Notes under the pieces: model-generated
The model's input: only the letters and a program-made list of their open reading frames with translations
Told to the model about the DNA's origin: nothing
The model's database searches: none
In this document: piece after piece, positions 34,916 through 48,400 of the stretch
Layout: each line of letters opens with the position of its first letter
How positions within the stretch are numbered: the first letter of the stretch is position 1
NCBI GenBank assembly: GCA_002104945.1
Contig: MCFH01000060.1
Coordinates: 1-64,000 of the forward strand
DNA: 64,000 nt
DNA from: Piromyces finnis finn
Taxonomy: Eukaryota; Fungi; Neocallimastigomycota
Direction of reading: 5' to 3'
Position numbers and translations under genes: made by a program

Positions 34916-35721
34916 TGGTAAATAATAAAATTAATAAATATAAAATTATTATTAAACCTGATTTTTAAGTTAACCCTAAAAGTAACTTAAAACAAGTTAT
35001 AGTTTAATTAAGTACTTTACCAAAATTCTTAAATAAAATTAATCCTAAACACTGCATATATTTTGATTATTGAAAGAAAATAATAAACTTTAATTAATCG
35101 AGATCAAGATATATAACTCTTGTTAAATTAATTGTTAAATATTTAATAACTTCGTTAGTAAATTACACTTTAAAAGTAAACAAATATAATAATTCATGTT
35201 ATAAAATAATATAATTAAACACCTTTATTAAAACATTAAAAATAATTATTACTTTAATTAATTGTAAAATAAACAACTTTTTATATTCTTTAACTTTTAA
35301 TTATTTCTTTTATTGTTATTTCTAATTACTTTTATTACTTTTATTGTAAATAGTTATTAATTTTATTGTTTTAATGTAAATAGTTTAAATCTAAAAGAAA
35401 ATATAAATACATGTAAATATTCTTATTTTAATCATTATTATTATTATTAATAAAGAAATATTATATAGTTAGATTAATATTTTATAATTTTAATAATCAC
35501 TTTTATACTTAAATAAATAAAATTTTAAATATTTAAATATTAGAAAAACGAGTGTTTTTAATAAAACAATTTAGTGTCTTAATAAAACAATTTTATTAAT
35601 TTTTATAAAAACGATTTTAAATCTTAATCAATATAACTTATATAGTTATAACAAAAGATATAATATAATAATCACTTTTTGAAGTAAAATTCAAAATTAA
35701 GATTATTATCAAATTATATCA
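34916..35721 (+). mobile_element. Solo LTR family K (TGATA-type)
   Basis: TGGTA...TATCA; 4-bp TSD TTGT at 34912-15 and 35722-25; partial similarity to 47340-47500. Confidence 0.72.
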
Positions 35722-35722
35722 T

Positions 35723-36333
35723 TGTCACAATAACATATATAAAAATTTAAAAAATTTGGACACATGGAAAAAATTAAAAATTTTTTTAAAATTTGAAAAT
35801 TTGAAAATTTGAAAAAATTTATTTTTTAAATTTTTATTAAAAAATTTCAAATTATAAAATTTCTAATATTTGAAATTATTAAATTTTTTTTAAAATTTTA
35901 TTATTAAAAATTTTATTTTAAATTTATTAACTCTTTACAATAATTATATTAATTATTAGTTTATAAAAATTAAATATTTTATAATTAGACAATAATTAAT
36001 TAAAATTAAAAAATGTAATAATTAAAATTGTTCATGTATAAAAAGAACAAAAATTGACAAAAATTACGAAGCTTTAGCGTTAGTAATTTTTTAACCTAAA
36101 GTTAATAAAATTTATAAACTCCTATAAAACCTAAAACTTTAAAAATTTTAATATTTTTAATAACTTAATATATGCTGATATTAAGTTATTGCTAAAATAA
36201 AAATATTATTTAATTTTCTTTATATAAATATTATTAGCTTTACGCCTTCAATAGGAAAGCGTATTATATTTGTTAATTAATATAACTAGTATGCTTACCA
36301 CACTTTTCTTTAATAAAAAATCGCTTTTTGACA
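35723..36333 (+). mobile_element. Solo LTR family A (copy A3)
   Basis: Same sequence family as A1/A2; TSD TTAAT (right copy 36334-38; left copy reconstructable after removing K, G3 and A2). Confidence 0.92.
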
Positions 36334-36341
36334 TTAATTTG

Positions 36342-37169
36342 TGTTAAGGAATGAACATAAATAGTTAAAATTGCTATAACTCAATTATGAACTATTTACA
36401 TTCCTTACTACTGTTTAACTCTATTTTTGAATTATAAAATTATATAATAATTTTTATACATTTTCTTATTAATTAATTATATTTTATTATATAGTTATAT
36501 TATTTGTATATAGTTATTTCATTACTTTTAATATTAGTCTTATTATAATGTTTTATTCTTATAAAATTTTACTTAATTTTTATTATTAAAATAGTTATAG
36601 GTATTTTATTAATATTTAAGGTTCATTTTATTAATTAACTTTATTGTATAATATTTTATAATTTAAAATTATGACATAAAAATTTATTATAATTTTTACT
36701 AAAAGAGGCAACTGTTACACCCAAAACAGAAGATACCTCGACAGAAAAATTATTATTTATGTCTAAAAAAGGGCATAATTAATTGAATAATATAATTTTA
36801 TTATATGTTATAATTATATGATATGCAAAAATGTTACACATATCATAAATTAAAAATTTATTAGTTATAAATTAAAAATTTTTCTATTCGAATATTAAGA
36901 GATTATTCATAATATATATTAAGGATTTAATTAATATATGTTACAGTGAATGATCCATATACTATGAATGAAATCAATTTAAATCCTTAGCTATCCAAAA
37001 CCATTAAATTTCAAATAATGGATAGTTGGAAAAAGTACGAGGATTTTTGAGAAAAATTTTAAAAATTGAAAAATCAAAAATAAATTAAATGAATAAAAAT
37101 TAAAATTAAATAAATTTTTATTTTTATAACTATTCAAGTGTTTTGTGATATCTTATTTGAACCGTAGCA
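36342..37169 (+). mobile_element. Solo LTR family L
   Basis: Matches the 3' LTR of the element at 1-10338; 4-bp TSD TTTG at 36338-41 and 37170-73. Confidence 0.92.
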
Positions 37170-37176
37170 TTTGTTG

Positions 37177-37857
37177 TGTAAGAATTTAATAAATAATTTT
37201 AATTATATATGTACATTCTTAACTACAATGTAATAATACACTGTAAGTAATATAATAATATAACTATATTCACAAAATGAGTAATACGTATCTTTAATGT
37301 TTTGTTTTATTCTTATTTTTAAATTTTTGAATAATAATTTTTTTAAAAAATTTTATTAAAACTTCTCTTAATAAGTTTTGAGTTTATTTTTTCTTACAAA
37401 GAAAAAATAATAACTCTTGAATTTTTTAATTAAATTCAAGAGTTGTTTTATTTATAAGAATTTTAAAATTTTGGGTTAAATTAAAGAATTTTCTAGTCTG
37501 ACAAATAAATCTTCTAGGGAAAGACTAGATAAGAAAACCCTAGAAGGATTTCGATTAATAATCTATTCTTATTAATCACCGAATAATTAAATCAAAACCT
37601 ATTTGTGATAGGAAAAATATTTAATATCCGGTTCCTATCAATTTTACTTTAATTTTAATTTAGATAATAAAATATACTAAATAATTAAATAAAATGTTTA
37701 ATATAATTTAAAATAAAATTACAATTTAATTTACATTACACATATTACATAATAAGGATTGTTACATTTATAAAATATTAATAAAATAAAACATGAAAAA
37801 TGTATACATTTTAATAAGAAATATAGAATTACTTAAGTTTAATTCTAATTTCTTACA
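37177..37857 (+). mobile_element. Solo LTR family M (copy M2)
   Basis: TGTAAGAAT...ATTTCTTACA; TSD TGTTG at 37172-76 and 37858-62. Confidence 0.85.
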
Positions 37858-38649
37858 TGTTGATACAAGATGCATAGAAAAATATAATATTTTAAGTATT
37901 TCATGAATAATATCTAATCCTTTTATAAATTGTATATCAATTACTAGTGTTAATAATAATTAAACTATATTAGTATAAATTATTATGACGCAAATGTTAC
38001 ACATATATTAGAATAATTAATTACACAAGAAACGAAAAGATATAAAAATAGTGATAAAGAACAATATATAAAAGAAGAAAAAAAACTTTTCATATATAAA
38101 TAATATTTGATATTTTAGTTTTAAGTATAAGTTCTATTTTATTTTATTTTAGTTACAGTTTATTTTAGTTTAGTTTTAGGTCACTAATTACGTATTTAGT
38201 ATTTATTTATTATATTTAATTCAGTTTAAAATATTAATTATAAAAGAAAAGAATAATTATTGTTTATTTTTATTATTTCAAAAAGTTATATTTTATTATT
38301 AATAAGAATTTTATCAACATATTTTTATATTTACATTTTATATTTAAGTATTTATATTCATTAAACAATAACTTTCGATTCTACTAGTATTGAACGTTAT
38401 TAATGTTATAATTATAATCATAATAATAATAATAATTAAATAAAGAAACTTTAAACCAAAATCTATTTAATTATATTATTATAAAATTTATTATTTTTAT
38501 TATTTGTTTTTATTATTTATTTTTATTATTATAAAATAGAAATAAATACAATATTATCTAATATATTATTCAACTCTCATTCCCTATTGCTAACGTTCAC
38601 AATTATATTTTATTTATGGTGTTTTTGAAATATATTGCATCATAAAATT

Positions 38650-38666
38650 TGGTGGAGAATCCGGGC
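38650..38666 (+). other. PBS complementary to a tRNA-Ala 3' end
   Basis: TGGTGGAGAATCCGGGC; reverse complement GCCCGGATTCTCCACCA resembles eukaryotic tRNA-Ala(AGC) 3' ends. Confidence 0.8.
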
Positions 38667-38799
38667 GTGGTAATACTGAAGTAATATGAAAACAGTTATA
38701 ATAATATGAGATTTATAAAGATAGGAAAACATAATAATAAATATTATAATATATATATATAAATATAAAAAAAAAAAGAGAAAAGAAAAGGAAAAGAAA

Positions 38800-39926
38800 A
38801 TGGATCCGTTTGAAATAATAAACATGCTTCCATTGTTGGATAACTTTGGAAAGGATATTGATAATTGGATCCAAGAATTTAGTGAAATTATGGAAATGTA
38901 TGAAATAATTAGTCCAAGGCGAATATTTACTTTTATAAAGGAATGTGTTAATGAAGATGTAAAGTATATACTCGAAGAATATAAAATTAATTATGGAAAA
39001 TATCCAACCTTTGATGATATACAAAAAATAATTGAAGAATATTTAAATATAACACAAAATGATAAATTCAATATTTTATTATCATTGAAAATAAAAAATA
39101 ATGAAAGAATAAAGCTATTTAATTATCGCGTAAGAATAAAATATAATTTATTAGATGAAAATTATAAAAAACTTTTTAATGTTAATAATTATGTTGAAAT
39201 GCTAAAAAGTAGACCATATATTCAAATGTTCTATTAAATGATTGTAAAACTCTTGAAGAAGCTTTTAAAGTTGCAGAGTTATCTTCAAAAGTTGAGGAAT
39301 ATAATGTATTTAATAATGAAGTAAATTATTCTTTTGGTTCAATTATGAATATTAATATGACAACTTTAAATCCAAGAATTAATGATATTAATATTAATAG
39401 TAATGATGATTGTGAAAAAAATATGGATTTATCAAATGTAAAAAATGAAATAGAAAATATAATAGAAGATGAAAATGAAGCTGATACATGTAATGAAAAT
39501 TTTAATAATAAATATGAGGACATGGAATGTAATAATAATTTATTAAATTCAATAAACCTAAGTGATTGTGATGAAGATAAAATTTTAAAACTTCAAGATA
39601 AAATACTTAATAATAAAATATTAGAAGATTATAAATATTTACGTAATAAAAAGATTAAAAAACGTTTAGAAAGCATAATTAATGGAGTTGTTATTGAAGA
39701 TAAAAATACCAATGATGAAAATAATATTTATAAAAATAATTATATTAGAGATGCTTTAAAGAATTATTGTCAATTATTAATAGTTAATCATAAATATAAT
39801 AAAACAGAAATAGATACAATGCAAAGTAAAATAAAAGAAAATTTTTCATTTAATTATGGAAATAATAGAAAGGATACCAAAATGTTAGAAAGGAACTATA
39901 GGTATAAGAGAAAAAGAAAACGATAA
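38800..39926 (+). pseudogene. gag-like ORF with one frameshift near 39220
   Basis: ORFs 38800-39237 and 39345-39926 join through an alternative frame (SNVLLNDCKTLEEAFKVAEL, a capsid-like end). Located between PBS and PPT. No pol. Confidence 0.65.
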
Positions 39927-40637
39927 ATACTTGAAATATAAATTTTATTTTTATTTATTATATATTTAGTATAAGAACAATATAAAAACCTATAATTTTA
40001 TTAATCCTTTGTTGACTTCAAGGGACGAAGTCTCATCTAAAGTGGGGGCATCTTGATACGTGACGAACAGAAAATACTACTTTTGGTAGAAATTCCAGGT
40101 TAATTCATATAAGGGTTAAGATAATAATAAATTAATAATAACTTTAATTAATAATGAAATTAATTAATATGAAATTAATTAAAAAAAAATATTTAATATG
40201 TACTAATATAAATATAATTAATAATTAAAAAATTAAAATGATGTTCTTGATTTTGTAATTAAGTTCCAAAGATAATAAGATATAATAAAATGAGAAATTT
40301 AGTAGTAGTTTAGTAATATTAATAGTGAATAAGTAGTATATTTATATAGGAAAGATAGTTATTTTAAATATGTATTATTAATAATAAATAAATGTAAAAA
40401 TACTAATTATAATATATTTTAATAAAGATAAATATTTAATAATAATAAAAGGCTTATTTTGTTTATAATAATAATAATAATAATAACAATAAATAATAAT
40501 AAATAAGTAAATAAATACATAATAACTATATCACATAATTATTAATAACTGGAATATATTATTTCAGCAATATTCCTTATTACCACAACCTAAAAATAAA
40601 TAATATTATTATGATATTTTATTTTATAACGTATCAT

Positions 40638-41261
40638 TGTCAAAAAGCGATTTTTAATTAAAGAAAAGTGTGGTAAGCACATTAGTTATATTAATTAACA
40701 AATATAATACGCTTTCCTATTGAAGGCGTAAAGCTAATAATATTTATATAAAGAAAATTAAATAATATTTTTATTTTAGCAATAACTTAATATCAGCATA
40801 TATTAAGTTATTAAAAATATTAAAATTTTTAAAGTTTTAGGTTTTATAGGAGTTTATAAATTTTATTAACTTTAAGTTAAAAAAAATTCCTAACGCTAAA
40901 GCTTCGTAATTTTTGTCAATTTTTGTTCTTTTTATACTTGAACAATTTTAATTATTACATTTTTTAATTTTAATTAATTATTATCTAATTATAAAATATT
41001 TAATTTTTATAAATTAATAATTAATATAATTATTGTAAATAGTTAATAAATAAATTTAAAATAAAATTTTTAATAATAAAATTTTAATAATTTTAAAAAA
41101 TTTAATAATTTCAAATATTAGAAATTTTATACTTTGAAATTTTTTAATAAAAATTTAAAAAATAAATTTTTTCAAATTTTCAAATTTTCAAATTTTAAAA
41201 AAATTTTTAATTTTTTCCATGTGTCCAAATTTTTTAAATTTTTATATATGTTATTGTGACA
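40638..41261 (-). mobile_element. Solo LTR family A (copy A4)
   Basis: Inverted family A LTR; TSD TAATT (right copy 41262-66). Confidence 0.92.
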
Positions 41262-41320
41262 TAATTTGTAATACGAGGAGGATATTATCTTAATTCTATA
41301 TTTTACTATAGAAAGTGATA

Positions 41321-42321
41321 TGTGAAGATATTAACTGGATTTAAAACAAATTCAGATAATATCTAATTAATTAAACATAATAATTATAATTAAATGATTT
41401 CAATGATTATTTTAAAACACCTTTAAAAGTCACCTTTTAAATTTTGATTCAGCAAAAGGGTTATGATTTCAAAAATTTAATATCAATACACTATAACCCT
41501 TAACCAAAAATAAACAAACACGAAACAAAGCGTAACTCGCCAAAAACGAACGCTACGGCTATAAGTACTACGGTTGTGGAACTAAGTTTATTAGAAAGCT
41601 TAAGGAAAAAGCAATATTTTGGTACAATCGCGGTCATTCTAACTGGTCATTTAAGAAAGATATGGTCATTTGAAGATTTTAATAAGTAAATTAAAATCAA
41701 TATGATATCAAGTATGGATCATAGACATTTCTTATGACTTGACGAAAATTAAAAATATATCAATAGAAATTTTAATTATATTAATTTAATTAATGATAGT
41801 GACTGTTACTAAAAATAGAACTAAACCATTTAGGTGTAACAGTTAACATTTATAAATTAAATAATTCTAATTATTATAAAATAGGTTAATGGATCAAGTG
41901 TTTAAATGATTAATCATGTTTATTTTATTTTATTTATTTTATGTCATGACAAAACAAACAAACAAACAAACAAACAATCTTATTATGTTATTAATATATT
42001 ACATGTAATACTTTATTTTTATCAATTTAATAATCTGAACAAAGAATATAAAATAGAATGAATTGAATTTGATTTTAATTCTTTGTAAAGATTATAGTTA
42101 TAATCTTAATTATATAGTTATTAAATATATTATCATTTATATTATTATTACTAAATAAATAAAATTTTATAAAAAAGTTATTCTAAAAAATAAATATTAA
42201 TTTTTCATTTGGAAGTTTAAAGTGTTATTTTATATTTAAATTTAATTTCTTAAAAAACATATTTACTATATAATTAATAACATTCTGACCTGGCCGCATA
42301 ACCAAATCCCAAAACTTAACA
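41321..42321 (+). mobile_element. Solo LTR family F (copy F3)
   Basis: TSD TGATA at 41316-20 and 42322-26. Confidence 0.9.
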
Positions 42322-42669
42322 TGATAATATCTGTATCTAAAAATTTATAAATAAAAATAAGGAAAATAAAAATAGAATAAATGATTTTTATACTTGTTCA
42401 TTTGCAAGTGTTAGTTAGTTTTTAATATAAAATGTTATTTTATTTAATTATAAAATTATTATATTATCATATTATTTAATAACTCTAGTATTATTAAATA
42501 ATTAAAATTTAATACATCTAGTATGTATTATAAATGTTGTAAAATAAATATTGTTTTATTAAGTATAAATATCTAATTTTTCTCTCTTGGATAATTAGTA
42601 ACCATAATATATAAATTTAATATAACTATATCTAATTTTTATGGATTATTAGGAACATCTTTTAAAAAA

Positions 42670-42825
<156 letters not shown>

Positions 42826-42858
42826 TTATAATTTATAAATTTAATTATTTATCATTTG

Positions 42859-42997
42859 TGATACAATAGAGAATATTATCATAATTCTATATTTTACTAT
42901 AGAAAGTGATATGTCACGAATACTAGTGAAATATACAATTTCAAGATCACTTGAAATTGTAGATTTCACTTATAAAATTTCAAAATCAACAATATTA
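42859..42997 (+). mobile_element. Truncated J LTR (42859-42911) carrying a truncated H LTR (from 42912)
   Basis: The J start matches 41269-41320. TGTCACGAATACTAGTG is the inverted end of H1. Both are cut off at about 42997. Confidence 0.75.
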
Positions 42998-42999
42998 TT

Positions 43000-43710
43000 A
43001 TCTCTGGTGGACCATGCCTAGCAATTACCTCAGAAATTTTATAACTTCTTCTGATTTAATGTTTGGAATAGCCTTTGCTTCAGGCCATTTTGTAAAATAG
43101 TCAACTAAAGTTATAATATAATTATTACCTTGTTTTGTTTCTGGTAATGGTCCTACGATATCTAGTCCTACTCTTGTAAATGGCCTTTCAACAGGAGTAA
43201 TATTATTTTTCGTGTTCTTTGGTAGGGGTTTAGGTCTGAATAGTTGGCATTTGTGGCAAGATTTTACCCACATCTTCACATCATTCCAGATTCCTGGCCA
43301 ATAGTAGGACTGTAACATTCTAAGTGTAGTCTTCTCGGCACCTTCGTGTCCTATATTATGAGCTCTATCTATTACATCTTTTTTTTATCTTCTTCTCTAT
43401 ATATAACTTTCAAATACATATCATTCTTTTTGTAGTATAAAATGTTATCTATGATTTGATAATTTTTACTAAAATATTTTATTATACCTTCCGGTAGGTC
43501 TAAATCTTTAGGTTTAAATTCATTTAATATTGCGTTAATTGTTAATAGAACTCCTTCATTCTTTTTCAATGGTAGTCGGGACAGTGCATCTGCGAAAACA
43601 TTCTTTTTACCTTTTTCATATTTAATTATAATATTGTATTTATTGAATTCCTCGATCCATCTTAGGTGTCTTCCTTTTACTGGTAAACTTTTATTGAAAA
43701 ATTCTATTAA
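43000..43710 (-). pseudogene. Gypsy pol fragment (RNase H end and integrase N-terminal half), frameshifted
   Basis: HLRWIEEF...NVFADALSRL, HNIGHEG...YYWP...CHKCQ, GLDIVGPLP, DYFTKWPEA. Confidence 0.85.
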
Positions 43711-46640
43711 TGGTTTATGATCAACGTATTATTGTTGATGCAGTCGATAAAACCGTTTGTGTTAAGACATGTCAAGGTACTCTGGAACCTCTAACCCCTA
43801 TTATTGATATTAATTCTTTTAACTCTTTGTGCTATTACTGTTACTTATTCCCTTCTTTTGATAGAAAATCAATTGTAGCTGCTTTTAAGGACGAGCTTAT
43901 TCTTAGTAAGGAGGATTTAATTCGGGGAAAAGTTGATGATTTACTTAATCTTATTCCCTCATATAATTCTGAAGAACCGATTGTTGTAGAAGATTTTAAG
44001 AATCTTTTATTTTCTTTCCGTGATATTATTGCTTGCTCCACTGACGACCTCCAACGTTCAAAACTCCGGTCACACCACATTGAACTTGTCGATGGCGCTA
44101 AACCTATTAAAGCTAAAGTTCGGAAGTTGTCACAAGTTCAACTAGCTGCTCTTAAGGGTGAACTTCAAAAACTACTGGACAAAGGCCTTATTGTCCCATC
44201 CCATTCCCCTTGGGCTTCTCCCATTGTGATGGTTCCTGAGAAGCACAATAAATGGCGTCTTTGTGCAGTTATAGAAAAGTCAATAATATTACTGTAAAGG
44301 ATGCCTACTCTATTCCCAACATTAGAGAAGCTTTTGAATCCATGACTGGTGCAAGATTTTTCACGGCCTTAGATCTGTTCAGTGGATACCACCAAATTCC
44401 TATTTTACTATTTTATATACTGACCACCTTCCGTTAGTTGCTATCATTAATAAAAATGAACCTCAAACTTCAAAACACGCTCGCTGGGTTAATGACTTTA
44501 GCCAAAATATGGTAGAAGTAAGATATCAACCTGGAAAAGCGAATATTTTAGCTGACGCTTTATTCCGGATGTCATTAAAAGAAGATAACAATCAGGAAGT
44601 GAACGCAAATGCAATAGTCAGTACACTAAATGATACCAACCTTGAGTCAGAAAATAACGAAAGCGAAAGTGATGAAGAAGAATCTTTATTAGCTCGGAAA
44701 CAGAGAAAACAAGTTGTAGAAGAACCTACTAAGATGCCTGAATTAATGTCAGAAGAAGAAAACGAGGAAAATGATAAATATATCTCAGATGTTATGAAAA
44801 ACTTTCTAAAAGAAAGAGTAATAAGAATAAATAATCTGTTATATTTCAGGGATAACGATAACTTAAGAAAGATTGTTGACGAATCCTTGGAAAAGATCCA
44901 GGTCATCGCGAAAAACCATAAAATCGCACATGAAGGACTGCAGAAAACTTACCAAAGGATCAAGGATAAGTATTATTGGAAGAACATGGTTTTAGATATA
45001 AAAACCTATATTTCTACGTGTAAAAATCTGTCAGTTACGGAAGTCCCAACCTCTACCTGAAAGAACCGAGAGATTTGCATCACCAGTCGAAGCACCGTTT
45101 GTCAGAATAGCCGTGGACATAATAGGCCCGTTAAAGACTACTGTGCAAGATAACAAATATATTATTGTAGCGGTGGACTATTTTACAAAATGGCCTGAAG
45201 CGAAGGCGTTGTCAACGACCACCTCAGAAGATGTAGCGGAATTCCTCACTGAAGTATTTAGTTGTCACGGTGTCCCGCAGTTAGTTTTAATGGATAATGG
45301 TGTACAATTTACTTCAGACTTCACGAAAATATTCTTAGATTTATACGATACTTATGTACATTTCGTATCCACTTACCACCCAGAATCAAATGGTCTAGTG
45401 GAAAATAAAAATAGAGAAATAGGGAAGCAGCTACGATTTCTAGTTGAAAATAATGAAGGTTGGGATAAATACTTACCAATGGCTTTATAGGCGTTAAGGA
45501 CCAGTATATCTACTACGACCGGATTCTCTAGTTTTGAACTTGTTTATGGAAGAAAGGATGCACGCCCAATAGATTTAGTGCTAATGGAAACATATCAAGA
45601 AACTTTAGGAAGATCCACAGAAGAAATTATAATGGAGAGATTCGTGGATGACGCTAAATGGATAAGGAAGGCGGCTTCGAAAATGTTAGATACTCTAAAG
45701 TATTGGGAAGCTAGAAGACAAAGTAAAATAAGTATGGCTCATAAGGAAGAATACAAAATAGGTGATCTAGTCAAACTAAGAAATTTCAACAGAACAAAAT
45801 TGGAACCATATTTTAAAGGACCATATCAAATCCTAGATATCGCCTGGAATACAGTTAAGCTTAAAGACTACAATACAAGACAAGAATTAACCAGGTATAC
45901 ACATATGAAGAATATCCTCACATATAAAGACAATATTTCGTTATGAAGAACATAAAACCATAAATCAAATACACAAACAAACACATAAACAGACGAAAAA
46001 AAAATAAATAAATAGATTATATTTGAACACGAGAAGCTTACACGACGACACTTAATTGAAACTTTATTTTTAAACTTCTTTTTATTTTATATTCTTTATA
46101 GACTATACTTTATTTAAAATTAAAATTAAATTATGATAGTTTACAAATTAGCAAATTATATATATATATACAAAAAAAAAAAATATTATATATATTATTA
46201 GAATCAATTCAAGATTAAACGGAAGAAATTTAGAAATTTGAATAAAATTTTGAAATTTAAAAATTGAGATCCTGAAATTGAAAAAGGTTTTGAATTTTTA
46301 AATTTTGATCTGCTCCTGTCCTGTACGACCTTGCCCCAAATCTCAAGTAGTCCCGGCCAGCCTAAAATAGATAATAATACGGATAATAATAATAAGAATT
46401 ATAATAATAATAATAATAATTAGTTTAATTAGTAATTAGTATATATAAATAATCATAATAATAATTATAAAAAAAAAAATATATTTTATTAGTATCTTTT
46501 TTTTTCAATTTTTTTTCAATTTTTTTTAATTTTAGAAATTTAGTTTTATAACCAGAAAAATTAATATTATAACCAGATACGCTCAGTAAAAATTTTTGTA
46601 TCTTAAATTATACTTCGCTCTCCTATAGCGAGGGGATTTT
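43710..46640 (+). pseudogene. Degenerate gypsy pol (family-L-like) with most of RT/RNase H deleted, stops and frameshifts; 3' UTR and PPT
   Basis: The RT start (SPWASPIV...KWRLC...FTALDLFSGYHQI) jumps near 44410 to the RNase H end (HARWV...NILADAL). Integrase follows in 3 pieces. GAGGGGATTTT PPT precedes TGATA at 46641. Confidence 0.82.
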
Positions 46641-47500
46641 TGATATAAAAATAATATGTGACTTGAACATATTATTATATTAGTAATTTTTCCTAATATT
46701 AAATTTATATAGATTTATTATAATATTAATTATTTCTACAATGTATAAGAATATAATGTAAATGTACGACAAATGTAATATCATGTAATGTAAAGGAATA
46801 ATGTAGATGTAGAATCCATATAGTTCCAGCCTTATAATTGGACAATTAATTATTAAGTAAGCCTCATTAGTATAAATAGATTAGAATAAATATTATTAAA
46901 AAGGGCTTCTTGTTTTAGTTAGAATTTTAATATTTGACAACGACAGAACGTTTTAGTATTTAGACAGAATAGAAATATTGGAACGTTATAAATAAAATTA
47001 TTAATAAAATATATATTAATTAAAGTTTAATTCTTTCTACATAAAATTAACCCGTATCAATAGGTTAATCACGTGAGTATATAAATATATGAAATAGATA
47101 AATAAAATTATTTGTCCATAAATGTTCACAATTATTATATTATTTTTTCTTTATATTTTTATTATAATTTTATTATATTCTTATTACATATTCTTATTAT
47201 ATATTTCTATTATGAAAACAATTACAAAATTACGCTATATTTTATATACATTTATACACTTATAATTAGTAAAAAAGTAAAACTATCACAAGCAAAAAGT
47301 CAACATGAATAGGTCATTTTAACTTAAAATGTAGTTACTCTTTTTATACCAAAAATTTTTTAAAATGAACATATAGTTTTGAAATATTGAAAGAAAACAA
47401 TAAACTTTAATTAATCAGGATCACTATATATATATATCCTTTGAAAAAAGATAATATAATAATAATCACTTTTAAAGTAAATTTAAGATTAAAAAAAGAA
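46641..47500 (+). repeat. Probable 3' LTR remnant (TGATA-type); right boundary uncertain
   Basis: Starts TGATA right after the PPT; 47340-47500 resembles two parts of K (near 35050-35110 and 35650-35700). Confidence 0.45.
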
Positions 47501-47735
47501 GAGGGTATATATTTTATATTTTAAAATAAAAGTCTTAATAAAATATTTTTATATTAAAATTTAATAATTAAATAATGAAAAAAAAAAACAATTTAGCTAA
47601 ACAAATAATAATAAATATTTACTTTTTAAAACTATTTTGAATAGATACATATTTATGAAAAAGAATAGTTAATAATTAAAGTAAAAAAAAAAAAATTTAA
47701 AAAATATATTCAATATTTAATAAAAAGAAAATTAT

Positions 47736-47767
<32 letters not shown>

Positions 47768-48360
47768 TAAAACCATAAATAAATATAAGAAAAAAAATTA
47801 CATAGTGCGTAAAGAGAATGAAGGGACTTCTAATTCTTTTTATTCCTCATTGATAATTCCGTATAGATTATAATATATCATTCGATTTTATATTTAAATT
47901 TTATTAAAACAATGTATTTATACATTAACATAAAAATTAGAAACAAGCTAATGAAGGTATATTATATAGTTCCTTAGACAACCATATAATATATACAATT
48001 GTATTTTAAAATATATTGTTTTAAGAGTACTAATACATTTCTTTGATTAAGAAATAATCTGTGCTCTTTTAAGTATAAACTATTTTAGATCAAAAAAAAA
48101 AAAAAAAAAAAAGTTACATATTTTGAGTAATTGTAGATGTAATGCAACTACAATTACTTAAAAATCGAAAGAAATAGTTAACTATAAAGTTAATTTTATT
48201 ATTCCTTTTCAAGACAATTGGTTTCAATTCTTAAGAGTTTATAAAATTAAAATATATATATATTCCAAAATAAATATATTGATTAGTTTTTTTTTTTTTT
48301 TTTGATAGAAGATGAATACCAAGTAGGTATAGAGACAACCATTGTTAGATGGTGTAACAT

Positions 48361-48363
<3 letters not shown>

Positions 48364-48400
<37 letters not shown>

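Larger units (their letters stand above)
37861..40636 (+). mobile_element. Non-autonomous gag-only LTR element (N) with dissimilar terminal repeats
   Basis: LTR-like 37861-38642 (TGATAC...GCATCA), tRNA PBS at 38650, gag-like ORFs, PPT GTGGGGGCATCT, LTR-like 40054-40636 (TGATACG...CGTATCA); 4-bp TSD TTGT. Confidence 0.75.

Noticed and set aside
47112-47312. 66-aa ORF
   Set aside because: TTG start, low-complexity AT-rich sequence, inside a probable LTR remnant.
48090-48363. Extra poly(A)/poly(T) tracts next to the LINE tail as further truncated LINEs or SINEs
   Set aside because: No second copy or TSD; homopolymers are common throughout this DNA.
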